From Scophthalmus maximus (lineage: Eukaryota): 64,000 nt of DNA. The notes under the pieces were generated by a model. That model was not told the origin of the DNA. It saw only the letters and a list, made by a program, of their open reading frames with translations, and made no database searches. The position numbers and the translations under genes were made by a program. The stretch is from the NCBI RefSeq assembly GCF_022379125.1, contig NC_061519.1, positions 24,047,101 to 24,111,100 of the forward strand, in the 5' to 3' direction. Of this stretch, positions 1 to 10,560 are shown piece by piece; position 1 is the first letter of the stretch; each line of letters begins with the position of its first letter.

Positions 1-352
1 TCAGTATTGGTTTCACAAATAACAAAAAATAATAATTTGGCTCATCAGCACCACATTACCATTTGTATCAGGAGTTTGAAAAGATGCTAGAAACTGGGTC
101 TATTCCGAAGAAAAAAACACATGGACAGTATGAGGAAGATCTTTTTCCCGAGATATAACTATAATTTTCTCTCATTACATTATGACTTTGTTGTTGTAAT
201 ATTCTTGAAATGTCTTCAATATGGTCCTAATACTGCATCTCACAATGACAATAAAGGAATAGTGGAGTGGAGGGAGTCGTCATATTGTCTCTTCTACAAA
301 GGATTCTTCTCCCCGTCCGATGGATGAAACTTTGACTACATTGGTCACATAC

Positions 353-507
353 TTTATCTGCGACACACAGACCTTGTACTCGTGACTGCCGGAGTCCAGC
401 GGCTGCAGTTTGCACTGGAGCGAGCAGTACTGTCTGTCCAGAGGATGTTCGTCACTGCCTTCACTGGACTGGACCATCTTCACTGCTATCTGGATGTCAC
501 TCAGCGC
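353..507 (-). CDS. parp2: parp2 coding exon 11; 3' boundary uncertain (donor GTATGT at 352, or weaker GTCTGT near 381)
   Basis: Translation ALSDIQIAVKMVQSSEGSDEHPLDRQYCSLQCKLQPLDSGSHEYKVCVSQI; human has ALGDIEIAIKLVKTELQSPEHPLDQHYRNLHCALRPLDHESYEFKVISQY. Confidence 0.75.
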
Positions 508-606
508 CTGTAAAAGAAAGAAAAAAAACCCTGAAATAATATAATATTCATCATAGTATGGACACATATTCACGCAAAGACAAAGATAATAATTGTAGAC
601 TCAAAC

Positions 607-670
607 CTCCAGCAGGGCAATTTTTGCCTTCAGCTCCTCCTCTGAGTGGATGATCGGGGGAGTTTTCAAC
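607..670 (-). CDS. parp2: parp2 coding exon 10
   Basis: Translation LKTPPIIHSEEELKAKIALLE; human has LRTPPLIRTQKELSEKIQLLE. Confidence 0.85.
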
Positions 671-758
671 CTGAATAATTATATCTTTTAATAATTACAT
701 CAAGGTAGAGACAATGTCATCACTCGCGCATTAAGTTTCCACGTATTCCTTAATTTAC

Positions 759-897
759 CCAAAGTCGTGAGGGATGCGGGTGTAGAACTGGTTGCACGCC
801 TCCAGCAGCTCCCGACTGCTGCCCTTCTTCTTCAAACACGCCTCGATCTTCTTCAGCGCGGCGTAGCCTGCGCGGATCTGCTCCGTAGTCAGTTTGC
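759..897 (-). CDS. parp2: parp2 coding exon 9 (regulatory domain)
   Basis: Translation GKLTTEQIRAGYAALKKIEACLKKKGSSRELLEACNQFYTRIPHDFG; acceptor CACCTGCAG|; donor GG|GTAAAT. Confidence 0.9.
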
Positions 898-1103
898 CTG
901 CAGGTGAAGGAAGAAATACTGAGTTCTCGCAATATGAAGCACAACAGTGAAAGGTATTGAAAACACAGACCACAGTCAGTTGGAACATCTTGGCTACACA
1001 TGCTCTAAAATCAAAATCAAATCCAATGAAATGTGGGAAGGTTAGCAGTACAAAATGAATAATCGCACATTTTTTCCTGCGAGATTGATTCCGTCAGACT
1101 CAC

Positions 1104-1251
1104 CGAGAGGAGCTTTCCGGGTGTCGTACTTCATCTCCAGCACACACTCCTCCATGGCTTTCAGGTCACAGATGAGCTCGAGGAGAGACTGGATCTTCAC
1201 ATTCAGCTTGGAGGTCTTCTTTGTGGGTACAGTGCTCACCGTGGACTCCTC
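1104..1251 (-). CDS. parp2: parp2 coding exon 8
   Basis: Translation EESTVSTVPTKKTSKLNVKIQSLLELICDLKAMEECVLEMKYDTRKAPL; donor G|GTGAGT. Confidence 0.85.
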
Positions 1252-1351
1252 CTGGAACAGTGAAATACATAATCATATATAGCACATATCTTCAATTCAA
1301 TCAGGAGTCCTGTCTTAGGGGAGACACTGTACATTAGTTGTTGGCTCGTAC

Positions 1352-1454
1352 CTTTTCCTTTGCACTGTAGTCCATGAAAACCATGTCATATTTTCCAGCC
1401 ACTTTCTCAAAACTCGCCCGCTGTTCCCACGCGTTCTTGGTCTTGTCCAAGAAC
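1352..1454 (-). CDS. parp2: parp2 coding exon 7
   Basis: Translation FLDKTKNAWEQRASFEKVAGKYDMVFMDYSAKEK; donor G|GTACGA. Confidence 0.85.
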
Positions 1455-1552
1455 CTGTGTCAAAAACAAGTGTCACAATCTATCAAACCTCTTTCCATGT
1501 GAGACACCTGGACCTTTTCAAAAAAAAAAAAAAATCAAAGACACTAGCTCAC

Positions 1553-1628
1553 TTCTTCATGAAGAAATTTTTGGCTTTCAGCAGATCTCCACCGCACGCT
1601 GTGAGGCTGCTCTGACCCACTTTGCCCA
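1553..1628 (-). CDS. parp2: parp2 coding exon 6
   Basis: Translation VGKVGQSSLTACGGDLLKAKNFFMKK; human has VGKMGQHSLVACSGNLNKAKEIFQKK. Confidence 0.85.
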
Positions 1629-1774
1629 CTGATGAACCAAAGAGAGAAACCACACAAATCACAGAATTGTAGTTTTTTTTTGTAAAGAGCTAATGTGTGT
1701 TCATTTGCTGGATCAATACAAAACCTTTCCATTTATACAAAATGCAAGGAATCCTCAGTACATGTTAAACTCAC

Positions 1775-1871
1775 CTCTGCCCCATCTCATCCACACACTG
1801 TAAACCTTGGAGATGTCGTCTTCCAGCAGCTGGATCAGGTAGTACTTGTTGTTGTTAAACTGGAGATTTGT
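1775..1871 (-). CDS. parp2: parp2 coding exon 5 (WGR domain)
   Basis: Translation TNLQFNNNKYYLIQLLEDDISKVYSVWMRWGR; donor G|GTGAGT. Confidence 0.9.
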
Positions 1872-2369
1872 CTGCAAAATGAGGCTAAAAATTAATTTCA
1901 CATTTCCACAAATCAAAATATAATCCATGTGTTGGTTTTACATCCTGCACTCGGTTTCCATTTTTTCGGATATCATTTAAAGAAATAGTGTCGGAGCATC
2001 AGAGTCACATGTCATGAATACACTTTGCAAAGCAGGTGGAAAAATAGTCCGAATGTTACGGGATTCATGAGGCTTAGTGGAATCAATTTTGTTGTAAATA
2101 AAATATAAAACCATGGTGAATAATTGTCATTTTATCTCTGAAATGATTTTTACTACTTAAGCCAATCAGCACTACTCACTGTGGAAAACAGACTGTTGCT
2201 TTTAGTCTGATGACTAAAAAAAAATCCTCGTATATAACCTGTTACTACCTGGCATAAAACTGATTCTGATTCTGAAAAAAAATTTCCAACTCTTTTATCT
2301 GTCTTAATTCATTTGCCTGATCCATTAAATTTAAATTTTATAATTTGATGTTGTTAAATTTAATTTTAC

Positions 2370-2420
2370 CTGGTTTAACATCACGTCGTAAACATCTTTT
2401 CCTTCACTGTAAACATGAGC
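2370..2420 (-). CDS. parp2: parp2 coding exon 4
   Basis: Translation AHVYSEGKDVYDVMLNQ; acceptor CTCTTGCAG|; donor CAG|GTAAAA. Confidence 0.85.
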
Positions 2421-2498
2421 CTGCAAGAGAAAGGAAAGAATGAGTGATATTAAAAGTGGCAACAGACAATAGACCGTAACTTCTCATTACAACTGCAC

Positions 2499-2569
2499 CT
2501 TTCCAAGTTTGGCTTTGCATTCAGGGTCGACCGGAGCTTTGCCCTTCATGAGCACCGTCCTCACAACCT
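2499..2569 (-). CDS. parp2: parp2 coding exon 3
   Basis: Translation VVRTVLMKGKAPVDPECKAKLGK; human PARP2 has LLKGKAPVDPECTAKVGK. Confidence 0.85.
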
Positions 2570-3071
2570 CTGCACAGCATCCAAAGATCATGAACAAGGA
2601 ATAAGAAAAATATTGTTGAATCAGGTTATATTCTAAGTCCAGCAATACTTGTGTTGAATGAGTCGTAAAGTCATTTGCAAATTGCAATTTCCACTGTAAC
2701 CATCGTGTGGTTGATTTTAGGAGATGAGATATTTTATACATTTTCTAAAACCGCGTTTCGAACAAAAAGACGTTTATCCTTCAAGAATAGTCTACTCTTG
2801 TGATTCACAACGTCATTATAATGAATCAATGTATTGCAGTTAATAGTTTTATTTAATATCAGTTTTAATACCATTGATTTCCACGGAGCTGAGAAGTGGT
2901 GTGTGTCCTGTTAACCAGTAAAATCTAAAATGTGTTTCGAAACACAAAAAACACTTAATGAGGTTCCCAGATGTCCTGCTCTGTTTGTCCCCACTGCATT
3001 AAAAACAAAATTCATATTATAAATGTATTACATATACAACATACAGTTTATGATTATTAGAGGGATGTTAC

Positions 3072-3230
3072 CTTCGGTTTTTATTTCTTCTTTGGGCGTT
3101 GCTTTGCTTTTCTGCCTCCTCTTCTTCGCTGCAGGTTGCACCTCTGTCTTCTCCTCTTCCTCCTCTTCCTCCTTCACTTGAACCGGCTGCCCACTGAGCG
3201 CAGTCGAGTCGCCGGCTTCGTTCGAACTCT
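3072..3230 (-). CDS. parp2: parp2 coding exon 2
   Basis: Acceptor TTTTTCTCCCCCTCTGTCCAG|; translation SSNEAGDSTALSGQPVQVKEEEEEEEKTEVQPAAKKRRQKSKATPKEEIKTE; donor G|GTAACA. Confidence 0.75.
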
Positions 3231-3790
3231 CTGGACAGAGGGGGAGAAAAAGAAGAAAACTTTAAACTCATTCACAGATACAAATATATAATGGGGGAAA
3301 AAAACAGAACAAAAAAACAATATTCACTTTGTATTTTGAATGCAGTTTATGATACTGTTACTATGACTACAACTGCCACTATCACACGAAAAGTTCCAAG
3401 TAGAGAAAATCTAATGAAATAAGAGTTGGGAAAAACTGTGACTCTTTCTTTGAAAGTTGGATTTGTTGACTACAGGCGACAAGAAAACGCCCAACATGAG
3501 TCAGTAGCTGCTTTCAATCGGACTTTCAGTCTGAAGTCCAAACCTTTTTTCTGAATTTTCCGGGGGGCTGTATGTGAGGATGCTCAAGCTTATCCTGCCA
3601 GCCCCTAGTAGAATATCTGAGTGAGCCCATGTGAGACTACAGCAAAAAAAAATCTCTGGAAGATTCACGGCGAGCAAGCGTGCGGGCGCTCTACCCCAGG
3701 CGCCAACCCTCGCCCGGATGTTACGGAAATCTTTCTGCTATTGTGAATGCATGTGACTCGGACAATCTCCAGCTCAGATATTCCATAACA

Positions 3791-3800
3791 ACACAGACAC

Positions 3801-3833
<33 letters not shown>

Positions 3834-3834
3834 G
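3791..3834. repeat. (CA)n microsatellite
   Basis: read directly. Confidence 0.9.
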
Positions 3835-4053
3835 ACCAAGTTTTACTGTCTGAGAGCAGATCTTCCTCTTGTATTTTGTAACAGGATTAATCTGGACCAT
3901 CTTCTTCAGGTCGACTTCGTAGGCCGACCCAGATCCCGGCGTCAGAGTGACCGAGGTTCTTCCCGAAGAGACGGCGGAGTCCAGCAAGGCGCAGTCAGAG
4001 GGCGAGTACGGTTCCCACTGTCCTTCATCCCCTTGCCACTGCCACACTGATCG

Positions 4054-4058
<5 letters not shown>

Positions 4059-4128
<70 letters not shown>
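4059..4128. repeat. (GA)35 microsatellite
   Basis: read directly. Confidence 0.95.
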
Positions 4129-4130
<2 letters not shown>

Positions 4131-4785
4131 GTACTGACATGTTTTCATTTTTGGATATGTTAAGTGCGGCCTGTCTGTAACCTGCGAACTTCCTGACTGA
4201 ATTTATTTTGCTGCCTTTTAGAATTTAAATATGTCTAAGCTTTTTGGAAGTACTAAAATGAAATAAATTGAACTACATCTACTGTTATATGGATCTATTT
4301 TAAGTGACTAATATATGACTATATTAGCTGATATAATTAGATTAATACTAATGCACTAATGTGTGAGCAGCATTTTACTGTTGTAGCAACTTTTAACTAC
4401 TTTCATTTGAAAATTCAGTTTCGTTAATAAGACGTTAGTAAGAGATAAATCTGCGAGGTTGTGAAGTGATGATTTCTCATAGTTTTGCTTACAGTTGTTT
4501 TGTTTTTTTTAATCTTACATTGGAGCAGCTTTATTCAACTTCAATCCTGTTGAAAAGTGCTGTGTGAATAAATCTATTACTGTTCATAATAATAAGTGAA
4601 AAAGAAAGAGAAAAACAAAGCTGCATATATATACATAATGTCCTTTTTTGGTGAAATACTGGACAATTTGACCTCTTTGGGTCTGAAATATCTATTTTTA
4701 TAAAATCATTTGAGACATTAAGGTGGAAAATCTCTTTGGTGGACGTTAGAAAAATGTTAAATTCTGAAAATGTGACCCGCAGACG

Positions 4786-4793
4786 TGTGTGGA

Positions 4794-4838
<45 letters not shown>
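4786..4838. repeat. (GT)n microsatellite
   Basis: read directly. Confidence 0.9.
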
Positions 4839-4839
<1 letters not shown>

Positions 4840-5116
4840 GCCCAGGCTTTAGTCTTGAGCCATGTTTGGTATTCTATAGGATGATCATATTTTACTCTTA
4901 ATCTAGTGTAAACTAACGTGTTAAATCAATGTAGTGGAGCATTGGAAAGTGGCATAAAATGAAATGTGTCGGTACATCATAATTACACAGCACCTGAGTA
5001 ACTGCACACAGCTATTTAACCAACACAAGCATTATTTAGATGCATCTTATGAACAGGTATTAAGCTATAATATTCAGAAACAGTGATATTACATCTTACA
5101 TCCCTTTAGCAGGAGG

Positions 5117-5117
5117 G

Positions 5118-5154
<37 letters not shown>
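5117..5154. repeat. (GTT)12 microsatellite
   Basis: read directly. Confidence 0.9.
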
Positions 5155-5375
5155 ATATTTTGTGCATGTGTTGACGTGCTTGACCAACCCTGCCAGGCTT
5201 GTAACAGGTCTTGCTAATTACAAGGATAACAACAACAATAATGAAGTATACTGTTCCCCGAAAGCTCAGTCAAATCCTTATTAATAACCGTGTGTAACAT
5301 AAATCCTCCGGGTTCTGTTCAGACATGCTGCTACGTCGTCAGCTAGCTGCCTCGTCCGTCCGGCGGCATACGAAC

Positions 5376-5454
5376 CTGTTTTGGACGGAACTTCTTCTTC
5401 ATTTAATGCGTCTGCCCCCTGACTTTTATTGCTCGACGCCCTTGTTCGCCTCAT
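5376..5454 (-). CDS. parp2: parp2 coding exon 1 (start codon 5452-5454)
   Basis: Minus-strand translation MRRTRASSNKSQGADALNEEEVPSKT; Kozak context ACCATGA; donor CAG|GTTCGT. Confidence 0.75.
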
Positions 5455-6011
5455 GGTGGTTTTGTGGGGGGGGAAAGAAGAAATGATAACGAGCTGGTGT
5501 CCGTATAAAACAGGGACCGAAGCCACAACGAGCAACGCGGTAAACTTCAAACTTTATTAACCCACCGCCGCTTCCGCCAAAGATCGTCTAGTCAGCAGAT
5601 GATGCGCTCCGTTTGTTGAAAGACTTAAACACACATATTTAACGTGACATTTAAATCAAAAACATTGTAACTTTAGCTTTAGCTTTCACTCGGTTTAATC
5701 CTTATAATCGTCATGTGAAAAATAAGTAGGTACGGAAAGCCAGTAAGTAAGTATAAGACATCCATCGGAAGGCGTCGACAGTGCACGACAAATACGCACA
5801 GAGTGAGCACTCTTTTGCATGTGCCCTTAAATCGGGAACACAGCTTCGGTTTGTCAAGAGTTCCGCCTCAAACTGCGGTCGGACTTATTTTGTTGAAGGA
5901 CTGGATGGAGGCAAATGTGGCGGTGCTCCGTCCGCGCCCCGTCGCGGTGACTGATCACAGTTTAACATTTAAAGAAATCTTTTTTAAATATACAGTACCG
6001 ACACCGGAGAC
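5455..6011. promoter_or_regulatory. shared bidirectional promoter between divergent parp2 and mettl17 start codons
   Basis: About 557 bp separate ATG(parp2, 5454, minus) from ATG(mettl17, 6012, plus). The interval is CpG-containing and has no long ORF. Confidence 0.6.
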
Positions 6012-6080
6012 ATGGCGTCACGGAGCTACAGTGTCCGGGTCCTCTGTCAGAGGGCCGGGGTCGCGAGGATGACGTTCAGG
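6012..6080 (+). CDS. mettl17: mettl17 exon 1
   Basis: Translation MASRSYSVRVLCQRAGVARMTFR; donor AGG|GTGAGT. Confidence 0.8.
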
Positions 6081-6554
6081 GTGAGTGAAGTTTGTGGATG
6101 TCATTGAACGTAGCATTTGTACCGTGGAGGGGTCACGCAACAGGAACTGAGGCAAATAAACACTTTGCTATGAAACTCAAAATTCTTACTTGTTCAATTA
6201 TCAAATTCCCCATCTGCTAATTCCCAGGCTTTCTTGTAAATATGCATATTCATGTCCTTTTTTTTTCCTGCAACAAAAAAACAAACAAACAATCTAAATG
6301 AATTATTTGTTTGTTGAATAGAATTAGAATCAAAATCAGTTTTATTGCCAGGTAACGGGTAACTGGTTACATACGAGGAACTTTTTGGGGTGTTATCACG
6401 GTGCATGTAGCAGTTAACATATATAAACAGAATTAGAAAAAGAATATAGAATAAAATTAAAATAAAATACACACTATTTTCAATAAATTTACAATAAATA
6501 TCGGGGTCACAGATGGTTAAATGTGAGTGTGGTGGATTACGGTAATATAACGTG

Positions 6555-6795
6555 TTATGTCCATGGGGAAGGAAGGGAGGTGTCACTGGGGGTCCCGGGC
6601 CTTGTTGATGAGGCTTTACAGACATCAACCTCTTGCCGGAGGGGAGCATTTCAAAAAGTTTGTGTCCGGGGTGGGAGGGGTCGGCTATGATCTTTCCTGC
6701 ATGCTTGAGAGTCCTGGAGGCGTGCAGGTCCTGGAGGGACGGCAGGTTGCAGCCAATCACCCTTTCGGCACAGCACATTATACGCTGCAGTCTGC
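6555..6795 (-). mobile_element. fragment of a fish LINE (3' end of the RT ORF) inside mettl17 intron 1
   Basis: Minus-frame translation AERVIGCNLPSLQDLHASRTLKHAGKIIADPSHPGHKLFEMLPSGKRL resembles the widespread teleost LINE ORF2 C-terminus (..SSHPAHGLFSLLPSGRRYRSL..). It is degenerate after this motif. Confidence 0.45.
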
Positions 6796-7090
6796 TTTTG
6801 TCCTTTGCAGCAGCATGTATTATATATAGTAATATGTAATTTATATGGGAATAGGAATATACATCTGGACCTTGTGAATTTCCTGTAAATCCAAAGTTGA
6901 AAATGTAGATGACCTATTTTTTTAAATCACTAATAAAATGTGCTTAGTTCGATGACAGATTTAAAATAAAATACCAAAAGTCTTGGCTCTGAATGCATCA
7001 AATGCTTCTTCTTGTCTGTCCAACTAAGACCAGTTGGTTACCGTGAACTCACCAGAATTAAAGGAGTGTTGTTGTTGTTGTTATCCTCAG

Positions 7091-7232
7091 GGAATGATTG
7101 CAGCTGCACAACCACAGGCCGAGGTCGATTTCCTCAAAGGAGAACCACACAGGAAACACCCCGGTGTCACCAACCTGAAAGCTCTGCGCCTGCCCGAGGA
7201 ACTCCAGACAGCAGCACGGACCATTATCCAGA
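7091..7232 (+). CDS. mettl17: mettl17 exon 2
   Basis: Acceptor ttatcctcag|; translation GMIAAAQPQAEVDFLKGEPHRKHPGVTNLKALRLPEELQTAARTIIQ; donor A|GTAGGT. Confidence 0.85.
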
Positions 7233-7337
7233 GTAGGTTTGTCAGTTGACGATTATGCCAAGTAGTTGTGTGGCTTCGCCGGTCTTGAAATGAACATTGT
7301 AAAAAAACAAACAGCTTTAATCTGTCCACCATCGCAG

Positions 7338-7487
7338 GTGCTCAGGTGGCTCAGCTGACCGACCGCTCTCACAGCCTCACAAACTTCCTGTGGAGCAGGA
7401 AACGAGCGGTTGAGGACGCGACTCTGAGAAAGGCCGCCGTGAGTCTGGAGAGGGAACTATGGAAGAAGGCGATAGAGAAGGGAGGCG
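7338..7487 (+). CDS. mettl17: mettl17 exon 3
   Basis: Translation SAQVAQLTDRSHSLTNFLWSRKRAVEDATLRKAAVSLERELWKKAIEKGG; donor G|GTGAGT. Confidence 0.85.
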
Positions 7488-7594
7488 GTGAGTGCGACGT
7501 ACTGCATAAAACAAAAGTAGAGATGCGTCAACTGTAAAGAGAGTGTGTGATGTGATGCAGCTGGAGAAAGAGTAAACTGGCTTTACATTTACAG

Positions 7595-7682
7595 ATATAG
7601 ACGAGGAGGCACTGGAGGACCGCATCAAGAAAAAAGTGCTATCGGAGCTCCGGAGAACAACTTATCGCTGGACTCACATGAA
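7595..7682 (+). CDS. mettl17: mettl17 exon 4
   Basis: Translation DIDEEALEDRIKKKVLSELRRTTYRWTHM; donor AA|GTGAGT. Confidence 0.85.
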
Positions 7683-7894
7683 GTGAGTTTACCCCCCCCC
7701 CCCCCTTTTGTTATCAAATATTTCTATCTTTTGATTTATGGGAATTTTTTTAATTATTATTGTTATTATGGGTATGTTCATAAATGCTCTACATTAATAA
7801 AATCTACTTATTTCAAAGTGGAGAAATAGCTTGTCCCAACTCACGCACACAAATATACAGGTCTGATACGTGTAAGTTTTAAAACTTTAAACCT

Positions 7895-8098
7895 TTAAAG
7901 GGGCAGTAATCGTTCTAAAGCAAAACACGCATTGTAAAAAAATCTACGGATATTTCCTCGCGGTCCACTAGATGTCGGTTCTGTATGTCTCCCATAACGG
8001 GAGGTCGCAGGTTTGCGGCACCCGACCAGAGCACGAAAAATCACAGCGACAATGAGGGGAAACAAGCTTTCTCCATAATCGCTTACTGGCCCCTTTAA
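7895..8098. mobile_element. MITE family A copy 1: TTAA-flanked terminal inverted repeats AAAGGGGCAGT ... ACTGGCCCCTTTAA
   Basis: ttaaaggggcagtaatcg ... cttactggcccctttaa, in mettl17 intron 4. The same termini occur at 35592 and 41276. Confidence 0.6.
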
Positions 8099-8225
8099 TA
8101 GCCGCAAGGTACATTTGCAACTGATGTTTTAGTTCACATTGATTGTTGAGTTTAGGAACTTTGGTCCTGTTTCGTGTCTGTGGTGTAGACAAGTTTAGAC
8201 GGGGAACTGTCTGTCTGTGTTTCAG

Positions 8226-8307
8226 GTACGATGAGGAGTTCGGCGTCGTGTACATGGCGGCTCGCCTGGCCGGCGGCTACGCAGCAATGAGGAGAGCTCT
8301 CAATGAG
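8226..8307 (+). CDS. mettl17: mettl17 exon 5
   Basis: Translation KYDEEFGVVYMAARLAGGYAAMRRALNE; human has [21 protein letters not shown]. Confidence 0.9.
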
Positions 8308-8442
8308 GTATGAGCAAGTGTTTAATAAAAATGTTTTACACCTAGAAAAATGCCCAAAAAATGTTCTGATTTCTGAGGATTACGACGACTTAATTTTTTT
8401 TATGGGTGAAATAAGTTTTTCATTTTTTCCCTGTCATTCTAG

Positions 8443-8516
8443 ATCAAGAAGAGGGATCCCTCCTTTGCCCCACAGTCTCTTCTGGATTTCGGTTCAGGGC
8501 TGGGAACAGTTGTCTG
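8443..8516 (+). CDS. mettl17: mettl17 exon 6 (SAM-binding motif I)
   Basis: Translation IKKRDPSFAPQSLLDFGSGLGTVV; human has [24 protein letters not shown]. Confidence 0.9.
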
Positions 8517-8649
8517 GTTGGTTTACAGCACCAATGCAACACAAAGATAATTTTTGATGTAATTTAAAAGACTGTACATTCACTCTCTATCTTTCTCTCT
8601 CATTGTCTCTCTCTCTGTCTCTCTCCCTTTCTCTCTCTCTCTCCGGCAG

Positions 8650-8744
8650 GGCGTCACACTCGTACTGGGCCGACTCTTTGAAGGAGATGGTTTGTGTCGA
8701 CAGCTCGGGGCCGATGAACACTCTGGCAGAACGACTTCTCAAAG
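8650..8744 (+). CDS. mettl17: mettl17 exon 7
   Basis: Translation WASHSYWADSLKEMVCVDSSGPMNTLAERLLK; human has [31 protein letters not shown]. Confidence 0.9.
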
Positions 8745-8873
8745 GTTCATGTGCACAAAAACACGATATTTAATTTAGATAGGTCGCAGTTTTCTTAAGT
8801 TTTCTTTTCTTTTTTTCTTTTGTCAAATAGCTCATCAGACAATCTAAGTATGTTTTTGTGTTTGGCTGCGCAG

Positions 8874-8944
8874 GCGCCGATGAAAAGGCTCAACCTCACA
8901 TCAAACAAGTCTATTTCAGACAGTTCCTCCCGGTCTCTCCTAAG
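8874..8944 (+). CDS. mettl17: mettl17 exon 8
   Basis: Translation [24 protein letters not shown]; donor AAG|GTAAGA. Confidence 0.9.
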
Positions 8945-9099
8945 GTAAGACCCTCCTCTATTTGTAAATTCAGCTGCAGAGAAGCACATTCTGTTTTCAG
9001 ATGTCGGGGAATAACAGTTTCTTCAAATATATATTTATAATCCATCCTTTCAATTTTGAGTTTCAAAAAAAAGATTAAAACTCGGATTATTGTCGTATA

Positions 9100-9480
9100 T
9101 GCAAGAACCTTTCTTTCATTCTTTATTTATTTTATTTACTCTCTATATTTCTTTCTTTTACTTACTTTCTTTCTTTTTCTCTTCTTCTTACTTTCATTCT
9201 TTCTATCTTTCTTTCTTTCTTTCTTTCTATCTTTCTTCCTACGTTTCTGTCTTTTTCTGACTCACATTCTTTCTTCCTATCCTCCTATCTTTCTTTTTTC
9301 TAGCTTTCTTTCTTCCTATCTTTCTATCTTTTTCTGACTTACAATCTTTTGTTCTATCTTCCTTCCTATCTTTCTATCTTTTTCTTTCTTAGTTTCTTTC
9401 TATCCTTTCCTTACTTTCTTTCTTTCTTTCTTTATTTTTCATACTTTCTTTTTCTTACTTTCTTTCTTTCTTTCTTTTTT
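9100..9480. repeat. (CTTT)n / TTTC-rich low-complexity tract in mettl17 intron 8
   Basis: About 380 bp of ctttctttctttc units; it generates the spurious ORFs 9056..9337 and 9349..9546. Confidence 0.9.
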
Positions 9481-9590
9481 TGTCTTGAAACATCAATAGT
9501 TCGTCTACAAACACAATCACCCAGATGCATCTTAAGTAATATTTAGCGGAAGGATGAGGAGACGTGATACTGCTGCGTTTCTACTTTCAG

Positions 9591-9698
9591 GTGCAGTTTG
9601 ACTTGGTGGCCGCAGCGTTTACCCTGTCGGAGATTTCAGGTGTGAAGGATCGAGAAGAAGCTGTGTTCACTCTGTGGAGAAAGACCGGCTCATATCTG
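9591..9698 (+). CDS. mettl17: mettl17 exon 9
   Basis: Translation [36 protein letters not shown]; human has [36 protein letters not shown]. Confidence 0.9.
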
Positions 9699-9885
9699 GT
9701 TGGTGGAAATAATGATCAAACTGACTTCTGACAACATCATTTTTCTTATGATGATCCATTGGATTGTATGTTGGGGTCCTGTAATCATTGCACCATATCT
9801 GAATATATATGCACAGTATATATATATATACTCTATTGAAGATAAATTTATCTTATTTAATATGTAATCCTTTTTTTTCTTATAG

Positions 9886-9954
9886 GTGCTGGTGGAAAAT
9901 GGGACCAAAGAGGGACATCAGCTTCTTATGGAGGCCAGAGACACGTTATTAATG
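9886..9954 (+). CDS. mettl17: mettl17 exon 10
   Basis: Translation [23 protein letters not shown]; human has [23 protein letters not shown]. Confidence 0.9.
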
Positions 9955-10088
9955 GTTTGTAAAGTAGATGAGAAAGAACTTTTTAGAATCCTCATGAGGG
10001 ATTTCTTTTGTAAATGTTGACGTGTAGATGATTTGACACAGATAAGAATGTGGAAGCAGACTGACAACTTACAGCTCTCCCTCTCCAG

Positions 10089-10139
10089 AAACAAGAGACG
10101 ACGGTCCACGACTCCAGACCAGCGTCGGTGTTCGCTCCA
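10089..10139 (+). CDS. mettl17: mettl17 exon 11
   Basis: Translation KQETTVHDSRPASVFAP; donor CCA|GTACGT. Confidence 0.85.
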
Positions 10140-10244
10140 GTACGTTTTTTGAAAATCCCCGCTGGTTATTTTTTTTTAAACCAGATGTCAGTCAGTCAGT
10201 GTCACAGCTTTAACTGGAGCTTCTTTTCCCATTGTTTTTCTTAG

Positions 10245-10337
10245 TGTCCCCATGAACTGACGTGTCCCAAACTGGCCCAAAAGATGGTCGTCCCCTGCAA
10301 CTTCCAGCAGCTGTACCACCCTCTGCCTCTGCCCGGG
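10245..10337 (+). CDS. mettl17: mettl17 exon 12
   Basis: Translation CPHELTCPKLAQKMVVPCNFQQLYHPLPLPG; human has [28 protein letters not shown]. Confidence 0.9.
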
Positions 10338-10559
10338 GTGAGACCCAACTCTGGATCACGTGTCTCGCTACAGTCACGCATGACTTTTGTTACAAAAGAA
10401 AGCATGAAAGTTCTCGAGGGAAAATAAATGATTGCCAAAATAATTCCTCACTCAAAGGCCCTCTCTGTAATATCAGTTACAGAGAGAAGGCAGAAAATAT
10501 AAACTAATACCATCTGAATTTCTACTTTTAAACTGACAAAATTAATAAATGTCTTTCTC

Positions 10560-10560
<1 letters not shown>

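Larger units (their letters stand above)
1..5454 (-). other. parp2: parp2 gene locus (poly(ADP-ribose) polymerase 2), 5' part; catalytic-domain exons lie beyond window start
   Basis: Eleven minus-strand exons whose translations align colinearly with PARP2: N-terminal basic region, WGR domain (WMRWGR), helical/regulatory domain (EACNQFYTRIPHDFG). All junctions are GT-AG and phases are consistent across exons. Confidence 0.9.

Noticed and set aside
283-345. Continuation of parp2 exon 11 through ...KYVTNVVKVSSIGRGEESF (ORF 280..573 read-through)
   Set aside because: Read-through would delete the conserved STHAPTHSDYTM block found in PARP1/2. A strong GTATGT donor at 352 argues the exon ends there and the next exon lies beyond position 1. 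The GEE.SF resemblance to GEKEAF is probably coincidental.
3721-4180. ORFs 3721..4140, 3942..4148, 3947..4180
   Set aside because: They are translations of the (CA)n and (GA)n microsatellites (poly-LS, poly-CV, poly-RE).
5455-6011. RNase P RNA (rpph1) gene expected head-to-head with parp2 by analogy with human
   Set aside because: I could not find the conserved RNase P RNA blocks by eye. mettl17 exon 1 occupies the divergent position instead. A covariance-model search is still needed for a formal answer.
9056-9546. ORFs 9056..9337 and 9349..9546 (Phe/Leu/Ser-rich)
   Set aside because: They are translations of the (CTTT)n intronic tract.
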